DNA of 63,460 bases, the filler included. It is 8 parts of 8 records of this genome, joined end to end, with 100 filler letters (N's around TTAATTAATTAA, not from the genome) between each part and the next. Parts side by side here need not be neighbours in the genome. Positions count along the whole stretch, not along the records: positions 32,630 to 58,604 come from SRR7504441_3064; positions 58,705 to 63,460 come from SRR7504441_3075; 6 more parts are not named here. The stretch is one strand, 5' to 3'. Of the stretch, positions 58,556-63,460 are shown one piece after another; positions within the stretch are counted from its first letter, which is position 1, and each line of letters starts with the position of its first letter. Below the pieces are notes generated by a model. The model worked only from the letters and a program-made list of their open reading frames with translations. It was not told the origin of the DNA and made no database searches. The position numbers were made by a program, and so were the translations under genes.

Positions 58556-58599
58556 GGCGAGGTGTGGCACGGACGCCGGCGAGGTGTGGCACGGACGCC
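58556..58599. repeat. Perfect 22-nt tandem duplication at the contig end
   Basis: ggcgaggtgtggcacggacgcc x2, 5 nt from the spacer. Confidence 0.9.
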
Positions 58600-59131
58600 G
58601 AGGANNNNNNNNNNNNNNNNNNNNNNNNNNNNNNNNNNNNNNNNNNNNTTAATTAATTAANNNNNNNNNNNNNNNNNNNNNNNNNNNNNNNNNNNNNNNN
58701 NNNNAAGAGATGCACGGTGGCACATTGCCGGAAGAGCAACGCCCTAGATCTAGTACGATAGTTTAGTCTAGTCCCAACTTAGTCCAAGCCAATTATAACT
58801 TACTTTAAAGATTGAAACTTTCAAGCTACAAAACTAGTACGTACAACCTCCGGAATAATATTTGCCGGCAACCAAAATTAATTAAATCGGCCGGTTCAAA
58901 GGGCTGCACCAGTCAGGGCTGTCGGGCGCGCTGCTCGAGGGTACGTAGAGGGTACGGTAGCTCGAGCGCAAGGCGGTGGTGGCGCTCTTCTTCGAATTCG
59001 GCTACTCTCGGTCGTCTCGGTAGTCGGGGCTGTGGCTGTGGCTACGTGCCTCGGTGCCTGTGGTACCTGTACTTAAAATACCTGGCAAGATTTCAGACCT
59101 TACCCCAAAGTAACGGAAATTTTACTCCACC

Positions 59132-60412
59132 ATGATGGGCCGCCTTCTCACCCTCGCAGGGATTGTGGCCGCCGCGCACGGACATGCTTCCTTGATTATG
59201 CCACCGAGTCGTAACGCGATCGATTCGACCCTGCCGGGATGGAGCGACGGCAAGCATCCCGAGACCGGCTGGATCGAGCCCTAGTGAGCTGCGCGCCTGT
59301 AGTACGCCTGTATGCTCTCGTTGGCCATAGCTGACGGATGCTCTCGCAGCAACTGCGCGTGCACCAACGGGACCGAGGCCGAATGCAACTCGGGCCAGTC
59401 GTGCTTTTGGTTCTCGCAAGGCTGCACGGTGGGCTGCAAGGAGTGCGACGGACAGGGCCAGCGGTACCCGTCTTGGGACCATTGCCCTGGCACCCCGAGC
59501 CCGGCAAAGGACCCGAACTACCTGGCAAAGAAGTACTGGACCGCCAACCACAACGCCACCCCCGGAGCTATCGACGACATTTGGAGGTTTCATCCCTGGC
59601 GGGCCCCGGTGCTTTCGTCTGCGTATCAGGGCTGATTGGGGTCAGGGCCACGCCCCGGTGTGGGACCCATGTGGAATGGCTGGAGGCACCAACAAGGAAG
59701 TGTTCAATGCCGGCGCGTACAACACCACCGCGTTCGCCAAGCAGGGCGACCTCGGCAGCAAGACGTTGAAACCAAGACCTTCAGGCACCAACTGGAAGCG
59801 AGGCCAACTGGTCAAGGCTCGCTGGCAAATGACTGCCCAGCACGGCGGGGGCTACCAGTACCGCATTTGCCCGGCAGACCAGCCGTTGACCGAGGCCTGC
59901 TTCCAGAAGACGCCGCTTGAGTTTGCGAATCCAACAACCCACACGATATTGTTTGCCAACAGCAACGCCTCAATTCCCGCAACCCTGGTGACCGAAGGTC
60001 CGGCCAAGGGGTGGATGCGCCAGCCGTTCCCGGATTTTGACTCGCACCCGTGCGACTACGACACCACCGCGTCCGGCGAGCACTGCTGGGCCGGCTGCCC
60101 CGGGTGCAAAGCGCCGTGGTTTGCAGCTGACTCTGCCTGCCCCACCCCGTGCCACAAAGCCTTCCCGAACCTGCCAGACAGGGCCTACTCGGCGGACCCA
60201 GCCGTGTTCCCGGATCCGCTGCCGGCGCACGATTTTCACTCTTACGCAATCGAAGATGAGCTCGTGGTGCCGGCGGAACTGAAGCCAGGCAAGTACGTGC
60301 TGGGCTGGCGGTGGGACTGCGAGATGACTAGCCAGGTGTCCACCGCGGGGCACGGGCAGGGTTAGCCTTGGTCCAGGTGTGGAGCACGTGCGCAGACATC
60401 AACATCGAGTAA
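59132..60412 (+). CDS. Secreted histidine-brace, LPMO-like protein (AA15/AA11-like), 3 introns
   Basis: Signal peptide ending AAHG, then mature His1 (HASLIMPPSRN; CAT 59183-85); PWRAPG..P..DPCG; TAQHGGGYQYRICP (second His, 59841-43); YVLGWRWDCEMTSQVWSTCADI; stop TAA at 60410-60412. Confidence 0.8.
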
Positions 60413-60690
60413 CTCGACAGCTCAAATCTGAGCTTTTGGCAGCTTTTGGATCGTATCGATGATGGGTCGTAATAGTGCATGCATGAGATTTCACCATGAC
60501 TTAGTATGGTATACTCTATGAAAGAAGAAGTTAAAGCTCTAGAAAAGAGAGAGTACTCATACGTACTTGTAGTCACTTGCAATCATATACAAAGAGATTT
60601 CTTCCGTGGCTCCACTAAGTCTCACTAACTGATTTGCCACGTGAGCTTGTGCCTTTTGCCAGATTATTGAGCTTATTTGTATAGTCTTTC

Positions 60691-62443
60691 TCAATCATTT
60701 TGGAACTGCTCGCGCAACACATTTGAGAGCGCTGATCGCACAGAAGCATACTCTGGTTGCAAGGCCAAGTTGACATTCTCAAACGCGTCAAAGTCGTCAC
60801 CTCGGTCTTGCCTATGATCATACAGCTCAGCAGCATGCAGACTGGCCCAGTCCACCGCTCCGACCGACTTGTTATACCGCTTCCACTCGGTATACCGCCA
60901 CTCATCGCTGCGGACCGAGAACCCCATGAAGTCCGCTGCTTGAGGCCCCTGTGGGTGACAAAACATGCACACGTCCCATGGTTCCGTCTGCCCGTGGAAG
61001 CTTGATATCCGCTTTGCAAATTGCGAGAAGGCATATTGGTTCGGACCAGGCCCACCCTGGATGGCACTCACAAGGCTAGCACCCTGGACCGGCGTTTCGG
61101 CCTCAGGAAGCGATATGCCGGCCAGCTCTGATAGCGTCCTGTACAGGTCGACAGCTTCAGCAAACGCGTCTGTGCGGAGTCCAGCTGAGCGTTGGAGCCA
61201 GGGCACACGCAGTATGAACGGGACCCGAACAGCCAGCTCGAAGTTCGTCATCTTGGCCCACAGGTTATGCTCTCCAACTTGCTGCCCGTGGTCGCCAATG
61301 AAGCTCACAACGGTCGAATCCTCCAGCCCGAGAGCTCGCAGCTCTTCGAGCACTCGGCCTATCTGGGCGTCCACGTACGACATTGTCGCGTAGAGCCCTC
61401 GCCGGGCCCTTAGCGCCAGAGTGCGATTCATTGGCTGGTCGATTGTGGTGCCTGCGTACGGGTGCCAGGCGACGGCCGGCATCCCGGTCGGCACTGTCGG
61501 GTGCTCCGGGCCCGCAATCTGCTCTGCAGGCGGATACAGATCAAAGTACTCACTTGGGGCTACCCACGGCAGGTGCGGCCGGTGAAACCCAGCCGCCAGG
61601 AAGAAAGGCCGGCCCGTGGCATTGCGTTGCCTCGCAGCATACTGTAATCTCTCAATGGCCAGGCTGGCCTCAGCCTGATCCCAGAGCGGCCGGTCGAGTT
61701 TGCTCATGTTGAGTGAGCACCAGTTACTATCTCCGTCGATCCGGGCCTCGAGCGGGCAGTCCTCAATTCCGTAGGAGCAGCTCACGGTGCTGTTATCGCA
61801 CGGCATGCGGTCGCTGGTCGTGTTGGGCCAGGCTGGCTTATGACCAGCGAACGGACCCCCACCAAACACGTACGGCAGCTCAGTCGACCACGAATGCGGG
61901 TAGTCAAACTGCCACGGGTCGCCGGGGTGGAACTGCACACCACACGTCTCAGGCCGGCAGGCACCCTGCTGGCTCACTGTCTTGCCGTTGCCCAGCGTCA
62001 AGTATCCTTGCCGCCGGAAGTTGCCCGGCAGCGTGGTCCAGTTCGCCCCAGCGCCTGGTACAGTGCACTGCTCGCCGCTGCCCGGCTGCCCGCGCCCCTC
62101 TCGGCAGCGGAAGTTGTCCTGTCCAGGCTCACCCCTGTCGCAGCACGGGGGGCGCCAGGAAGTTCCAGACGCGGGTGCGATCCGGTCGCCGCCCGGTCAT
62201 GAACGAGTTGCGCGAGGGTGCACAGAATGCGTATTGCACATAGGCCCGGTTGAACAGGGTTCCAGTGCTGGCCAGCCGGTCCAGGCTCGGGGTGTGCATG
62301 AACGGGTGCCCGTAGCAGCCCAGCTGCGGTCGCATGTCGTCGGCGATCAGAAACAGCACGTTAGGACGAGCTGGCCGCCCGGCAGAGACGGCGCTCGAGC
62401 CAGCCAGCAGCAGACAGCAGACCCCGATCTCTGCTCTTCGCAT
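60691..62443 (-). CDS. Secreted formylglycine-dependent sulfatase (iduronate-2-sulfatase-like), 2 introns
   Basis: Signal peptide; RPNVLFLIADDMRP; CAPSRNSFMTGRRPD (CxPxR); GKT-FHP after splicing; PFFLAAGFHRPHLPW; GDHGQQVGEHNLWAK. GC-AG intron at 62119-62155. Confidence 0.92.
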
Positions 62444-62478
62444 GCTCGGTCCGGCGGATCCGTTACTTCGCGCTCGAC

Positions 62479-63460
62479 ATGGTGGCTGCGAGCGCGAAGG
62501 CCTTTGAGCGGTGCTGTGGGCAGGACGACTGGGCCAAGCTGCTGGCCGGGGAGGATCTGGACGACGACGAGAGCGACGGCAGCTGGGACGAGCAAGAGGA
62601 GGAGGAGATCCCGCCGCTCCCGCTCCACGACGCCGCCGAGGCACCGGGCGCCGCCCGAGCCCCGCTGACCGGCAGCCGACAGAACGGCGACTTGGACCGT
62701 CTGCGGGCGCTGCTCAACCCGCCGGAGGGGCCGGACGACTCGGCCGAGCCGGCGGCCCAGCCCGGGCCGCCGCAGGTGGTCGGGATGGAGGTCGAGTTGC
62801 GCGACCCGATGTGGAACATGACGCCGCTGCACACGGCGCTGCTCCACCGGCAGCTGGGCGCGATGGCGCTGCTGCTCGAGGCCGGGGCCACTGCCACCGC
62901 CTCGTGCGAGGGCCTCAAGCCGGTGCACATGGCGCTCCGGATGTCTGGCTTCCCGGAGTGCGAACAGTTCAGCCTCGACGCCACCCGGCTGCTCCTGAAG
63001 CACGGGGCCAGCGTGCGGCCTCCAGGCCGGGCCCGGGCCGACCGGACGACAGGTGCGCAGCTCCGACGACGAGGGCCGGAGCGCTGTGCACGTGGCGGCC
63101 AGCCTGGGGCTGGTGGGGCTGCTTCCCGAATTGCTCGGGGCGGAGCCGGCAGTCGGGCTGGCGGCCACCGACCACGAGGGGGACACTCCGCTGCACGCGG
63201 CAGCCAGTAGCCGGGCGGCCGGGCTGGAGACTGTCTCGCTGCTTCTGGAGCTCAAAGCGGATCCGGCAGCTCGCAACACGGAGGGCCGAACCGCGCTCCA
63301 CCTGGCAGCAGTCACCGGTGGCAGAGCCGCTGTGCTCGAGAGGTGCGGCCGGCCGGGTCTGCTGGCCGAGCCGGCGGGTGCCAGGCTGATGAAAGCGGCC
63401 CCTGAGATGGCAGCGCAGGCCGACTGCTTCGGTGCGGCCGGCGCTGTGCTGGCGGTGACA
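62479..63460 (+). CDS. Ankyrin-repeat protein, multi-exon, 3' truncated
   Basis: LPLHDAAE, NMTPLHTALL, GLKPVHMAL, GRSAVHVAASLG, GDTPLHAA and GRTALHLAA in successive frames separated by ~40-nt introns. Confidence 0.8.

Noticed and set aside
58556-58599. 22-nt direct repeat as a CRISPR or telomeric repeat
   Set aside because: Two adjacent copies with no spacer at a contig end; best read as a minisatellite that broke the assembly.
5400-58704. Seven recurring TTAATTAATTAA motifs flanked by N runs, superficially an array or repeat family
   Set aside because: Fixed N44-12-N44 layout with six-frame stops is a contig concatenation spacer, not biology and not CRISPR.

Overview
This window is eight short contigs of a compact, GC-rich eukaryotic (protist-type) genome, joined by artificial 100-nt spacers (N44-TTAATTAATTAA-N44), so adjacency across spacers means nothing. 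It is not prokaryotic. The ORF track is fragmented because most genes carry short spliceosomal introns (mostly about 36-47 nt), and roughly a quarter to a third of those I could place by hand use a GC instead of a GT donor. About 25 protein-coding genes can be reconstructed. Core genes: HECT E3 ligase, Sec7 ArfGEF, TTLL, GPN1, NAA15, a USP9/24/34-like deubiquitinase, HSPA13-like Hsp70, a tesmin/CXC protein, Yar1-like ankyrin and a Deg protease. Accessory genes, many intronless: a LigB dioxygenase-catechol O-methyltransferase fusion, an ALDH-like protein, secreted hydrolases and BNR proteins, a sulfotransferase, a sulfatase, an LPMO-like protein and a myristoylated receiver-domain protein. The strongest hidden signal is an arsenite methyltransferase that is a selenoprotein: an in-frame UGA at a catalytic Cys position, a well-formed SECIS in the 3' UTR, and a possible second Sec in a SELENOS-like C-terminal SSGG-U-A tail. 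All gene models and family calls were made by eye, with no database searches.
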